Below are positions 13,601 through 27,200 of a stretch of DNA of 64,000 nt, in pieces. The position numbers and the translations under genes are program-made. The stretch lies in the NCBI RefSeq assembly GCF_964355755.1, contig NC_092679.1, positions 22,117,432 through 22,181,431 of the forward strand, given 5' to 3'. The notes beneath the pieces are model-generated. The model was not told the origin of the DNA. It saw only the letters and a list, made by a program, of their open reading frames with translations, and did not search any database. The DNA comes from Antedon mediterranea. Its lineage: Eukaryota > Animalia > Echinodermata. Within the stretch, counting starts at the first letter, position 1. Every line of letters begins with the position of its first letter.

Positions 13601-16600
13601 AAATAATGAGGTAGTTGGAGAAGTCTAGTGGTGGGTGTGAAAAGTGAAAAATGGTTCATGTAAAAAATATAAAACAGTACTTTTTAAAAACATTTTCACC
13701 TCTTATTAGTAAACAAATCTTGAGATTATTTGGAAATTAGAGAACAATGCAAATGATGATAATGAGTTACACTATAATATCATGTGTAGGAAATAAAATG
13801 AAGTAGAACATCTTCTCTGGGATACCTCTATTCAGGAGACTCCTCTATTAGGGAGAGACTCTTCTGCATGAAAGGGAAATATATGTTTTAACACTATGGG
13901 TTAACACTAATGGACACCTGCTATTTAGGGGACACTCCTATTAATGTGTCCCATTAATAGTTGTGCTACTGTAACTTAATTTCAACTATGAATAACAGAA
14001 ACCCTGGGGACCAGGAGAAACAAAATGCTACTTGCCTTAAAATCTGGATATATTTGCATCACATCAACAGGTGTCACTGAGGGTTTGCTGTAGTGTTTGG
14101 TAATCTAAAAAATAAATCATAAATATCAAACTTAATGTGATAAAAAAATGCCCATATATGGACAGGATTATGTCATATTACTACCATATTTGAGCACATC
14201 ACACTTTTTTTGTCAAATTAGTTTGATAGTGTAGACCTATTTGATTGCACTAGACTTATTTGGGTGAACGAGTTCAGCTAAATTGAGCAAGAAAAGTCAA
14301 ACCGAACACTTGCTACAATTCACTTAGGGTTATATCAATAGTTACTTTTACTGACCACTGCCTGCCCAGTAGAACTGGTCTCGGTAAAACTAACAATGCT
14401 GGCTACAAAGTCAAATCTAAAATAGGTAACTCTTGTAAGCACATCACCATGAAAGTAAATCATAGTTTTTAACATCATGGTTACATTTTAGTAAAACCAT
14501 GGTAAAACATTTTTATAAACCATCTGTTGTAGTACCATACGTTTTTTTATTGATATAACTTACAGGTAATTTGGCATCAATAAACGTTTTCTCAATTGCT
14601 TGCAACTGACTGTCTCTGTCCTGTAACAAAATAAATAAAAATAAATACACATAATCAGGGAATAATTTCGCCAGTGTAGCATAGCAAAAAGCTATACAAA
14701 ACAACCTTATTGCTACACATTTCTAAAATTGTGTATCAAAAAATACAATACAAAACTATGTTTCTTGAATCCAAAATCAGTTTGATTAGCATTATTGCTA
14801 AACAAAATTTTAAAATGAAATTTTTCCCTGCATAATACATTTTTTTTTCTATTGCTAAATAGGTTATACTTGTATATCGTTTCTTAATCCATTTTTTAAT
14901 TGCAGGACATTCTCACAAATCAACTATTAAACATTTTTGTTTGTAAAATATACATAAAAGATAAAGTCTAGTATTTCTACTACTGAGTGGTTACCTTATA
15001 TACATCTTCTTCTGTAAATTGCTTCTTTAAACTATATGCAACTCTGTAATTAAAAATAAAATAAGGTTTTAGCCTACGGTTTGCTGTGTTTGGGAAAATT
15101 AACAACTAATAATGGCAATGATGAATAAGGAAATTTATGATGATGTTGATGATAGGTTTATGATGATGATGATACAATGACGATGATTATGATTATACAA
15201 TGACAATGATTATGATGATGATATAATGACGATGATTATGATGATGATACAATGAGATAATGATGATTATGATGATGATACAATGACGATGATTATGATG
15301 ATGATACAATGATGATGATTATGATGATGATTATGATGATGATACAATGATGATAATTATGATGATGATACAATGATGATGATTATGATGATGATACAAT
15401 GACGATGATTATAATACAATGATGATGATGATGATACAATGATGATAATTATGATGATGATACAATGACGATGATTATGATGATGATACAATGACGATGA
15501 TTATAATACAATGATGATGATGATACAATGACTAGATGATGATGATTATTATGATGCATATGTACATACTTAGTTTCTACTTTATCACTTCTGTGCTGAG
15601 ATCTGTTATATTCACTTGATATGTATTCTGTTTTTCGTAACCATGATACCATTTTACTGTGCTGTTTCGACCTAAAAAGAAAGAATATTTTCATAGACTT
15701 GACAATTTTAAATAGCAAAAGGTTTGATTTGATGTATTTCGTTAAAAAAAACAATAAAAATTAAAATAATTGAACCAGGATATTACCAAAGAAAGTTTTA
15801 AATAATATAAAACTTTTTTTCCATTTGGTGATCGCAAGTCTGGGCACTGTTGAGATTAATTTTTTTAATTAAAATTTAGCAGGTGGAGGGAAGAAAGGAA
15901 GGGTGGCAGAGAGGGCCATGGGGAGGAACATTTGTTGGGAAATAAATTAAAATGTGTACCGTTTTGAATCGCCAGGAGTTGCTATGTCTTCTTCCAGTAA
16001 CCTCTCATCAGCTGGATCTAAATTTACTGAAAACAGACATTGATGAAAAATGTTAAAAAGTCCTTGTGTTTTACTAAAACTATTGGAAAACATGTAATTG
16101 TCATCTTAACACTATAATTCATTTATTGATCTCTTTTGTAACTTAAACAAAAGTTAAAAAGGGTTTTTTTTCTAAAGCTCTGTCTACACTATCAAAATCT
16201 ATGTGACAAAAAATGTGCCCATATATGATGTATCACCACCATATTTGGGCACATCACATTTTTAGTTGTCAAACTAGTTTGATAGTGCAGACAGAGCAAA
16301 CATTTTCAAATGAAGATTATCTTTAGATGTGCTTTGTATGGAGCCCTACCATTAGGGTCAATACTGTAGGTGACTGGATTAATGAGGTCAATCGTGACCC
16401 CAAGGTCATGTTCAGCAAGCAGTTCATGTTTAAATGTTCGTTCTAATGAAGTTGCATTGTACTGTACGAATCTGTTAGCCTCAAACGGATAGGTGATAAA
16501 TTTGGGGTCAAAGGGTATGTCCGGCAGCTGGTTTGTGTATTTTGGCCTGCAAACAAGATCCGATCTAAAAAAAACCAAATGAAATGTTATTCATATTATC

Positions 16601-17682
16601 ATTTAAAAAAAGTTTTTCTGTTGAGCACCAGTTTCACAATTTATCCTTTGAATAAGAAAAGAATTTTTTGTTGAGGACAAAAGTTTCTGAATCAAAATGT
16701 GTTTAATGAATGTCTTAAATTAATTAAATGAACGCATTAAATGAAATCCTGAAAATGTGCAGGTTATAATAATACTTACTTTGGGGGACCAGAAGATCTT
16801 GGCCTAAAACAAAAGAACAATTACAGTTAGCGATGTTAGTACAGTATGCAATAATGGTAAATTAAAAAATAAATATTAAAAATCAAATCAATTAATAATA
16901 ATATCGCCGAATTAATATTATAATTCTATTGATTATCTATATATAAATTTACGTAAGGGCAAAATTCGGTAAATCGCGCCTTACTTTTACTATTTAGAAT
17001 TTTTACTCGATGGTATATAAATTTGGTTCGTACTTTCGGTACTGATTTTAACCACCTGATTTAACCCTATTTACTAATTAAATTAAGTTAGAGAATTAGT
17101 TATTGACGATTAAAACGAATTTAGGTTCAACGATTTGCCCCAAAGAGGGGTGTTTTCCGATCGTGGTATACACTGTCTAATGGATGTCCATCTTGAAAAA
17201 TACCTGCCACAAAATTGCGAGGAGGCTTCGCATTTTCCTATCTCCTCCTACGATAATTGTTTTTAATAGCTGAAAACCGGTTGAACAGCTACAGTACAGC
17301 ATCATAATGTTGAAGACAGGACGATTTTCTTTAAAAAATACTATTTTGGTAGATTTAATATACGATTATACAAATGGTTGGTAATTAAATTACGTGAACA
17401 TTTTCTTATTGAGCAACTAATATTGGGAAATGTAATCAATTTAATGATGTTTTGAATCGATTTATTCCAAGAAAAATTCTCCGGCCCTCTTTTGGGACGA
17501 AACGTCCCGGGCTGAAGTGTTCCTAATTGAGCCGGGCCTAGAGCATAGGACTAATAATCTCTGGTTACATTTAGGCCTAGCGTTCTGAAGTTCTAGGTTT
17601 ATATTAGCTATTTCAGATCAGTTAACTCTTACCTTCTATCACCTGAATCTGGTCTTTTACCACTTTGAATGGTTGGTGGCAT
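10655..17682 (-). CDS. PAF1: RNA polymerase II-associated factor 1 (PAF1 complex subunit), about 14 exons
   Basis: Start MPPTIQ (ATG 17680-17682), [73 protein letters not shown]|[56 protein letters not shown], and an acidic tail ending [11 protein letters not shown]...SGDESD*. Confidence 0.96.
11440..11790. repeat. AT-rich minisatellite of about 19 bp (TTGATGAAATGTAATATA-like) in a PAF1 intron
   Basis: Degenerate tandem units are visible. Confidence 0.75.
13075..13172. mobile_element. MITE family A, truncated copy
   Basis: AAGCTCTGTTTACACTATCAAACTAGTTTGAC left end and the internal core. Confidence 0.65.
13800..13973. mobile_element. Degenerate Tc1/pogo-like non-autonomous element with CTCCTATTCAGGGGACAC subrepeats
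   Basis: AGTAGAAC...CTACTGTA termini and internal subrepeats shared with 33205-33580. Confidence 0.45.
15130..15560. repeat. (GAT)n-based compound microsatellite (GATGATGATACAAT/GATTAT) in a PAF1 intron
   Basis: Low-complexity trinucleotide array. Confidence 0.9.
16175..16297. mobile_element. MITE family A copy
   Basis: AAGCTCTGTCTACACTATCAAA ... TTTGATAGTGCAGACAGAGC TIRs. Confidence 0.8.
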
Positions 17683-18025
17683 AGTTATTTAAAGAGCAGT
17701 TGATTAGTCCTTGATAAAGTATAAAATAACGTAGGCCTAAACGACGTTCCTCTCGTCAAAACATGCAAGATGGTTCTTTTGTTTTATTAGAGAGCTAGGT
17801 AGGCCTAATTTAAAATCAACAAATTCGTAGCATAATAAACAGATAAAATACAATATTTAGGATTTATTTATTAAAATAAATGTATCATATTTTGTTTTGA
17901 AATTCTGTGTGTACACATTTATTTTTAATAAATAAATTGGTTTTAATTTAATACAGAATTTAATTAAACATTAACCTACCTAAGTGGGTGAAATAAGATT
18001 GTTTGTTCTTCTTTCGAGAAATACA
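17683..18025. promoter_or_regulatory. Bidirectional promoter shared by PAF1 and MED29
   Basis: Only 343 bp separate the divergent start codons (17682 on -, 18026 on +). Confidence 0.75.
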
Positions 18026-19471
18026 ATGGCGGCTGTTCCGCAAACTTTTGGGGCAACTCCAAATAACCCTGGTTCTAGCACCCCTGCGGGTGGCTCAGGC
18101 ACTCAACAGCCTACTCATAGTGCTTCACAAATTCAACCAGAAAATAATCCGATTTTAAATGTTAAAGCGGCCCTACCTCTTCTTAACAAGTCTCTTAGTG
18201 TAAGTAAAGCTAGGCCCCGTTTTACCATATCGCTCCCCCGATGTATATGCTGCAGGCCGCATAACGTTGGTGGCGGTGGTGTTAGAGGTATATAGTACCG
18301 GAGGCCTAGCTAAACACCAACAATTATTTGTATGTTTAATGTGTATAAGGCTCGATATTTACGAAACATTATCATAATACTGAATTGTTTGCAGTTTTTA
18401 GAACTTTAAAAATCCAACTAATATTAAAAAGTAATTAAATTTAAAATTACTAGGCTTACTGTACTCCCTAATCTATTTAATTATAATTTTAACTTTCAGA
18501 ATCTAATGAAGATTGCTGCAGAAAATTTTGTTCACAATGCTGCTGTTGATAATAATGGGTAAAATATTTATTTTTTAATAAAAAAAAATACATGGTTTAA
18601 CAATATATTACAAATAATAGATAAATTATAATAAATTATTTGCTATTAACTGTCATTAATAATATTAAATTAATTTAAGCTGTGTTCTAGTTTGTTATAG
18701 AATGCGCATGTACATATCACTTTACAATAGTACTCAATATATGAATGCTAAAAAAAGTAACAGCTGTTTTGAGAAAAATAAAAACAGAAATCCCACCGGT
18801 ATTGATTTCACTCCCTGAAATATGATATTCAGAGTTTATTTGGTTTTAAAAATTAGTTTTTTAATATTGATTATAAAATCAATTATTTTAATAAATTTTT
18901 TTTTTTTTTAGGAAAATAGTTGAGGCTGCGGCGTTGCATAGGTTTGATAAGGCACTTGAAGATTTCTACTCTCATTGTGATTACATTGAAGGGCATCTGG
19001 TAAGCTAGACTGATTTATTCATTAAATTAGTTTAATCACAAATCTAATCATTTAAATAAATTAATTTAAGTAAATTACAACATTAGATTAGAGGACTTGT
19101 ACACTCAACCTAATTTATATCAATCCAACAAAGTCAATTTAAAGTCAAATCAATCCATTGCAGTGAAATCAATCTAAATAAAATCATTGCAATGAAGTCA
19201 ATCAATGCAATTTTTATATTTAATATTTCAGCGTCTTGCTCAAGAATGTTCCAAACAGCATGGTTACAGTGCGAGATACACACCTATACAACTACCTTTG
19301 GCCAAAGCTGACCCAAACGTGCAACCCTCAAGCGTATTGGACGCCCAGAAATATGGATCATACACAAATTTAGTAAAATTGCAGATTTCGTGTGTGAACG
19401 ATGTACATAAAGCGTTACTAGACTGTGCTTATAGCATTTCACATCAAAATAAACGAGAGGAGAGTAAATAA
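18026..19471 (+). CDS. MED29: Mediator of RNA polymerase II transcription subunit 29, 4 exons
   Basis: Exons ~18026-18198, ~18500-18558, ~18912-18999 and ~19232-19471 give ...LPLLNKSLS-NLMKIAAENFVHNAAVDNNG-...RFDKALEDFYSHCDYIEGHL-RLAQECSKQ...LVKLQISCVNDVHKALLDCA, which aligns with MED29/Intersex motifs. Confidence 0.93.
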
Positions 19472-21271
19472 ATAAAACAACGTTAATATGTAATGACACT
19501 TAAAGGATGAGAAAGTTGAACCTCGGGTACATGATGTGTGTGCATCCTCTTTTTTTTAAAGAAAATGATTTTTTTGCATAAAATGTCTTTGGGTCAAATA
19601 ATAAACATTGAATGGAAAAAATTGAGATATAGCGTCTTGCCCATCATCTCAATGAGTAACTCTATAATACCTGCATAGAAGTACACCTTAACAAATATTT
19701 GGCGTAGTCAATGTCTGCACCTATGATGGTAGAATTTATTGGAAGCATGTCTCTATGCCCGTGCTCAGTTGGGTTTCTTCTCACCAACGTTTATAGCAAT
19801 AACTGTGCACACCAATGAAACCAAATTACTTGGTTAAATAAATAAATAGACCTTATGAGACCTTTAATGTCCCCTCAAATTATGTGTTGAATAGCAATAC
19901 AGCTAGTAGCACTGTGATTCTTAAAGGGACCAGGTCACAGCTAAAATGGTCTTCATTTGGAGGGAGGTCTGTAATGTATATATATATATTTTGTGTAGGA
20001 AGCGTATGTATCACATACAGCAGTTATTGGCAGATTTTTTTACTGGCTATCAAAATGAAATCATGAACTAATTATGAATTTATTATTAAACATTTTTGGT
20101 TTGTACAGTATTAAAAAAAACTATTAAAATAATTACCTGTATATTGTAAGTAGTTTATTTATGTTTCAAGACCAGTAACGTTAAATATGTAGATTAAACA
20201 CAATATCAGAATGCAATGCTTTTATATATTCATCATGAACTACACGCGCGCGTGTACTAAAGGATGTGGTATTATCAACCTTTAAACGTGCTTAACAGGT
20301 CGTCGCATATATCAACCTTTGAACGACCTTTAAATACCCGAATGCAGTCCAATAATGACATCATAAACTAGACGCGTGCGTACTAAAGGCCGTGGCATCA
20401 CCAACATTTGAACGCGCTCAACAGGTCAACAACAATTTTTTAACAAATTGTGTATTCAATTATTATAATTATTAGATCAAAGATTAAGTATTGATGACCA
20501 ATAAGTGAGACAATCATACCCCATTGCTCGAGAAAACATATAACACAAGCTGTGGTTGGTGATCTCATATATTTTTCAAACCTGAAACTCATCCCTGGTC
20601 AAGCACGTTGTTATTTAATGCGGACCACGAAACATTATCTCTAATACTTCTTCTACAATATCATTTTTTTGTGTTATTTAATCAGTTACTTTTGTGTTTG
20701 AAGTTAGTATACCCGCCCATTTAACGTCACAACTTTGTTGGTTTCCAAAACTTCAAACTAAACGTCATAAGGTTCGTGATTGTGAAACTGAATGATTCTA
20801 ATATTAATACCAACTTAATATATGCTTGTTTTGAGTGTGGATTATATGTTATAATGTGATAAGGCCTACTTGATTGAAGTTTGATGATCTGAGATAGTAT
20901 TGTAATCTCGGGTTTGATATTAGTTTTTCAACCTGTTCACCGAATATACAACAACTGGAAATGGATTTGTAGGCCTGCATGTTAAATCTTGAATTAAGAT
21001 ATTTGACAATACTTTACACATTATTTTCATGGAATATAGCATGCGAACTGTTTAAACGCTGGCAAGGAATTATACCACTTTTATCCAAAAGTAGACTTTT
21101 GATTTTTGGATTATTGTAATATTATGTTATACATTGTGCAAGAGCAGAACTTAATATATCAATAGGCAATTAATTGTTAATTATCTAAAAAATATTGAAA
21201 TAATTGCGGAAATTATTAACGATATTTTTGCTTAGGAGTAACTTTTCCAATTTCATAGAAAACCGGCTAAA

Positions 21272-24200
21272 ATGATGTCATTTAATTCGGCTCGTATATG
21301 TGGCTTGACTGTTATAACGATGATGGTGTTTAGTTGTTTACCAGGAGCCACAATGTACAACATTTTCTCACCATTTGATGTCTTCACGGAACAATTCCAG
21401 AGTATTGCAACGCATCACAACGGTATTCATCGTCGACAAACAGAATGTGACGTTTCACTTTGTGAGTACACAGAATGGAGTGAGTGGACGTTTTGTTATT
21501 GCGCTATTTGCAACGAGTTCGATAACTCTACGCGTAGGTCTTGTCTGCGGCTTAGGACTGTCTCGTCTTCACCAGACGGTTGTGAGAACGATGAGTGTGA
21601 AGGCGACGCTATCGGTGAGCTTCAGTGTTTTGAGGAATGCTGTAACACGTTTTGTGGGGTCACCGAGTGGAGTGAATGGTTCCCTTGTAATAACACCTGT
21701 AACAAAACTGGAGTTGAATGGAGGAGTCGTTCCCCGTACCCTAACGAATGTTTTGAGACATGCGATTTTGAAGAAACAAGGCCATGTGATAATTACTGTG
21801 AGGTTGGAGAATGGTCGGAATGGGCTTGTTCCTGTGAGTTATGCGAGCCGGATTACTACACGAACGAAACTATTACAGATCCGCTTATTTTTTACGACGG
21901 TAATGAAACGTTACATCGTAATTGCACCCGAAACGGATCAGCCATCATGCCAGATCTATGTGAAGATTGTGACGTCGTGTTTGAAGAAAACGTTTGCATG
22001 GAGAATTGTTCTTGTGATAGTAGTCCAGGATGTTCCGTTAATGATTGGGAAAGTTGGTCAGAGTGCTCTGGGACATGTGGGGGTAGTCAAGTCCGTATTC
22101 GTTCTTACAGTGGAGATTGCACGGCACCTCCTTGTGTTGGCACGCGACAGTCACGCGCGTGTACCTTATGCCCCACGTGTACTCCATGTGATTACTCCGA
22201 ATGGAGTCAGTGGAGCACGCAGGTGACTTGTGCTCTATGTGAAGATAATATTGAACTTTCAAACTTTAACACACGAACTCAAGCCGCAAGTGATGATAAT
22301 TGTGACGGAGAATGCCCCGAAATCCAAGAAATACAATGTGGTGAGACTTGTTGCGATGAATTTTGTCCGCTAACCGACTGGTCCGAATGGTCACAGTGCC
22401 CTGAACCATGCGGTGGTTCTCAAACGCGCACGCGAGAGCCTATAAGCAGGCCAATTTGTTTAGGCGAACCATGTAGTGATACGGAAGAAGTGTTGGAATG
22501 CACAGTGTGTAGTGGGTGCGACTTGTGTGATTTGTCTGAGTGGACCTCTTGGTCTTGTTCATGTCAAGCATGCGATCCAACCGACACAGAACTCCATAAC
22601 CAATGCTCAAGGACCAGGTTTGCTTTGAATGATTGCGACACTTCCTGTTTTGATTCAATAGAAACATCATGTGATCAAACGACCATCTGTTGTGATGAAC
22701 TCTGCGTTATCGACTCTTGGAATAACTGGGGAGCGTGTACCCAATCGTGTGGAGGGTCCAGGAATAGAACAGCCCAATACGATGCAGCCTTATGTCTGGG
22801 TGAGCCTTGTCAAGACACATTTGAAACGGAGCCCTGTGTGCCGTGCCCTACAACCGAATGGAGTGAATGGAGTTGTTCGTGTTCGTTATGTCAGACCACA
22901 GTAAGCTTAGCTGATGTCTGTATTCGAGAGAGGGCTTATAGCACAGACAACCAGTGCAATACAAACTGCTCTGAAATAATTGAGGCAATAGGTTGTACTG
23001 ATCCGTGTTGTGATACTTTCTGCCTTCCCAACCAATGGAGTGAATGGAGTGGGTGTCCGGAACCATGCGGAGGTACAAGTAATCGAACACGTACATACAC
23101 AGCTTCATTTTGCTTAGGTGAACCGTGTGAAAGTTTGTTCGAAAGTCAAGAATGTCAAACATGCCCCAATTGCCAGCCTGTTGATTGCGTTTTAACAGAA
23201 TGGACAGAATGGTCTCAATGTAACAGCACTTGCGACTTTGGTGTCCAGTCTCGGTCACGAGAAATATCGGTAAATCAAGATTGCGGTGGTGCGGACTGTC
23301 TATCAGATACATTAGAAGAATCACGTGATTGTGAAGGTGAATGCCAGTTGGAGGAGTGGGGTAGCTGGCAGTGTGTTTGCTCATTATGTACGGGATTTAC
23401 GGACAGCTTGTACCAGGTCTGCACACGGGAACGTGACGTCACTGGCCCAAACTCATGTGAAAGCGCAGACTGTGGCGTAACCGTAGAATCAGGCTGTACA
23501 GAAAAATGCTGTGATGCGCTTTGCTTCGTTTCGGACTGGTCACCATGGTCGGAATGTTCTTCAGGTTGTGGTACTGGTCAATCTGGAATTCAAAATAGGA
23601 CAAGAATATATAATGAAGCTTTCTGTATTGGAGAACCTTGTGAAACTATATATGAAGAAACTGTATGTACACCAGATACATGTTGTCCAGTCGACTGTGT
23701 AACTACACAGTGGAGCAATTGGGCTACGTGTAGTGTCTCATGTTCATCAGAAAGTGGAACACGTACTCGTGATAGACAGGTTACACAAGGTACATGTGGA
23801 GGCACCACATGCACTGACACAACTACAGTAGAGTCACAAGCATGCGTAGGCGGATGTCAACTACAAGAGTGGACTGCATGGTCATGTGCATGCTGGTTCT
23901 GCAACACAGGAGATTCTGTCTTCAGTAATGTCTGCTCCCGCGAGCGACAAGAAATTGGAACTAGTTGCAATTCCGTATGTGGTAGTTTAAGTGAAACTGT
24001 ATGTGGGGAGGTATGTTGTGACACCGGGTGCTCTGTGAGTGAATGGACCACGTGGAGCCCATGTGACCAGCCATGTGGTGGTGCAACTCTTGGAAATGAG
24101 ACGCGAACGAGGACGTATAATTCGGCATTCTGCATAGGAGAACCTTGTGATGATTTAATAGAATCGCGGACTTGTACTCCTGATTGCTGTGCAGTAGACT

Positions 24201-27200
24201 GCATATCTTCAGAATGGTCTGAATGGTCTAGCTGCTCAGTAATCTGTTCTGACGCAACAGGTTCAAGATCTAGGTCACGTGCGAATCAAGAAGCGGTATG
24301 CGGGGGTACACCGTGTGAAAATGATATCACAACAGAAACAGATAATTGCCAAGGAGAATGTGTATTGTCAATTTGGACAGAATGGACTTGTTCTTGTAGT
24401 CAATGTAACCCAAGTGCCAATGATGATTATCAATATTGTAATCGAACTCGAACTGAGAGTAATGGGTTGGCATGTGGGGGTGAATGTGGTGACCTTCTTG
24501 AAGAACAATGTGGAGAAGTATGTTGTGATCCAGATTGCAGTGTTTCTGATTGGGGAGATTGGACGGATTGTAATGTACCATGTGAGAGCAGCTCGTCCGG
24601 TATCAGTCAAAGGTTTCGAACAGCAGTTGGAACATGTTCAGCAGTGCCATGTCTAGCACTAGATGAAACTATAGCATGTCAGGCTTCTTGCTGTCTCAGA
24701 GATTGTGTTCTTCTCTCCTGGATGGAATGGACCACTTGCACGTCCCTCTGCACCAATACACCGGGCATCCGAAGTAGAACACGGCCAATTGTGCAAGGAT
24801 CGTGTGGAGGAAATCTCTGCACAGAAACCGACTACACTGAAAACGGTCTATGTTATGGCAGCTGTGACGTTAGTAAATGGTCAGACTGGTCATGTGTATG
24901 TGGTATCTGTAGCGCTGGCATCTTACAAGATATATGTAGCAGGTACAGAAATGAATCAACTGATGTCAGTTGCATTGGACAATGTGGGGCTTCTACTGAA
25001 TCCGTTTGCGGTGATGAATGTTGTGACGATTTATGTATCGTAGGCGAATGGACGCAATGGACAGACTGTAGTGAACCGTGCGGTAGTGGTAACACAGGGT
25101 TACAGACAAGACAAAGACACGTGATATCGCAGACATGTCGTGGAGACCCATGTGATCAGTTGCTGGAAACAAGAGAATGCTTTCAGGGTTCTGGGTGTTG
25201 TCCTGTTGATTGCGAACTTGAATTGTGGTCTAAATGGTCTGGATGCAGTTCTAATTGTTTAAACGTCATTGGAAACGAAACTCGTACTCGTGACATCATC
25301 ACGCCTGCCAGCTGTGGTGGAACATCATGCGAGAGTAATGTTCTGGAATATAGAAACTGTTATGGCACAACATTTCCTGCAAACTGTATCGTAAGTTTCA
25401 ATACAAGATTATATTCCATATTTGTATTAGAATGGCCACTTCCTATGCTACACGTTGTCTACCCCACATTTCATTACACCTACACCTACATATCACACAA
25501 ACCCCACCAGCTATTTTAAATCTTGAACTCTTTAATGTAGGAGGGTGCGTGGGCCAACTGGAGTCCATGTGCTTTGGACACGGGTTCATGTGGTACTGGA
25601 AGCCGCCTGAGGACCCGAAGCGTCATCTCTGTAGCCGTATGTGGAGGTTTGCAGTGTGGGCAGACAACAGAAACTGAAATCTGCGATGGGCCTTGTTGTC
25701 CGGTTGATTGCGAGACGACGGCGTGGACCGAATGGACTGGATGTTCTACTGAATGCGGAACGGGTCAACAGTATGTGTACCTTTTAAGTTTATAAAAATA
25801 TACTTTTAAAACTTCGCGTAACTAAAAAGCCTTCCATATCTCGTAGTTTTAAAACTGACAATAAAATCTCTCTAATTGTTTTGTAGAATGCGATTTCGAA
25901 TGATCACAATCAGTGCAAACTGTGGAGGAGTACAGTGCATTTCAACTTTCGAACGGCGTGACTGCATAGGTACTGGGCCTAGTATCTGCGAGTTCACGGA
26001 TTGGTCAGAGTGGACAATATGCTTATCGTCGTGTGGACTAGGATGGCAAACCCGGAGTCGGTCGATTCTGACGCCAGCTATCTGTACAAACCAATGTATA
26101 TCGACAGTAACTGAAGAAAACCAAGAATGTGAACGCTATGTGAACGTTGATTGCCAGGTTAGTGGGAGATTTCGTTATTTATATTATAATATAACTTTTG
26201 TTCATATCGTTCAAAATGCTACCTTGTCGATGAAATGAAAAATGTCGAAAGTCTCCAGAATTGGTTCTACCAGGATCGAATGTCAGCATTCAAAATCCAT
26301 GTACTGTGGGGTTTCAACAACATCCTAAACTGTTCATACAATTTTTCGTTTGTAGGTAGGTGAATGGAGCCAATGGGGTACATGTGTTCCAGATTGTTCG
26401 GGCTTTATGAAGTCTAGGAGCAGAAACATAATCGTGGGTAACTCTTGTAATGGAGACATTTGTCCTTCACTATCAGTAAGTAATATAAAATAATAGTATA
26501 ACGATATAACCATAGTGGTTTGTAACTTCAGATCAGGTTAACATATACTAGGACTAAAGCTGTCTACACTATCAAACTTTATGTGACAAAACATGTGATG
26601 TGCCCATATGGACATGATGATGTCATATCACTACCATATTTGGGCATATCACTACCATATTTGGGCATATCACTACCATATTTTTATAGTGTAAACATAC
26701 TGTAGCTTAATACGTCTGTACCTTCACTAAAACGCTTTTTTTTCATTATTCAGGAACAGAGCAACTGCAACATCTTCTGCCAACACACATGTTCAGTGAA
26801 TGAACAATGTACTTGTAATCCGGGTTTCAAACTAACAGGAACCTTTGCGACAGAGTGTGTCCCTGTCACATGCCAACCACCATTCTTTCACTCCTGTCCG
26901 TTGAGTTTGACAACGAATGTCGTGACGTGTGTGCCCCCAACCACGAGTTGCGGCACGGGAAGTGCGTATGAGTACGGTCATACTTGCCAGTTATTGTGTG
27001 AATCAAGATCTGGTTATACATATCAATTGATGGGGGCCAGTCCGGGGTATATAGAGTGTTTAGCGAATGGGCAATGGAGTTATTACAGTGAGGTGTATTG
27101 CACCATTGTCAACAGCCCGCCAATAGGGGTAATTATTTTACTTTATTCGGATGGTATTGATATATCGATGATACAGATTGATTGTGATTATGATGATAAT

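Noticed and set aside
13508-13610. tRNA-like start (TGGCCAAGCAGTTAAG)
   Set aside because: A-box only, no B box or cloverleaf; probably a decayed SINE, too degenerate to call.
21375-25095. Several alternative-frame and antisense ORFs (up to 283 aa) overlapping the TSR exon
   Set aside because: Expected shadows of a long, GC-richer, compositionally biased exon; no recognisable domains.
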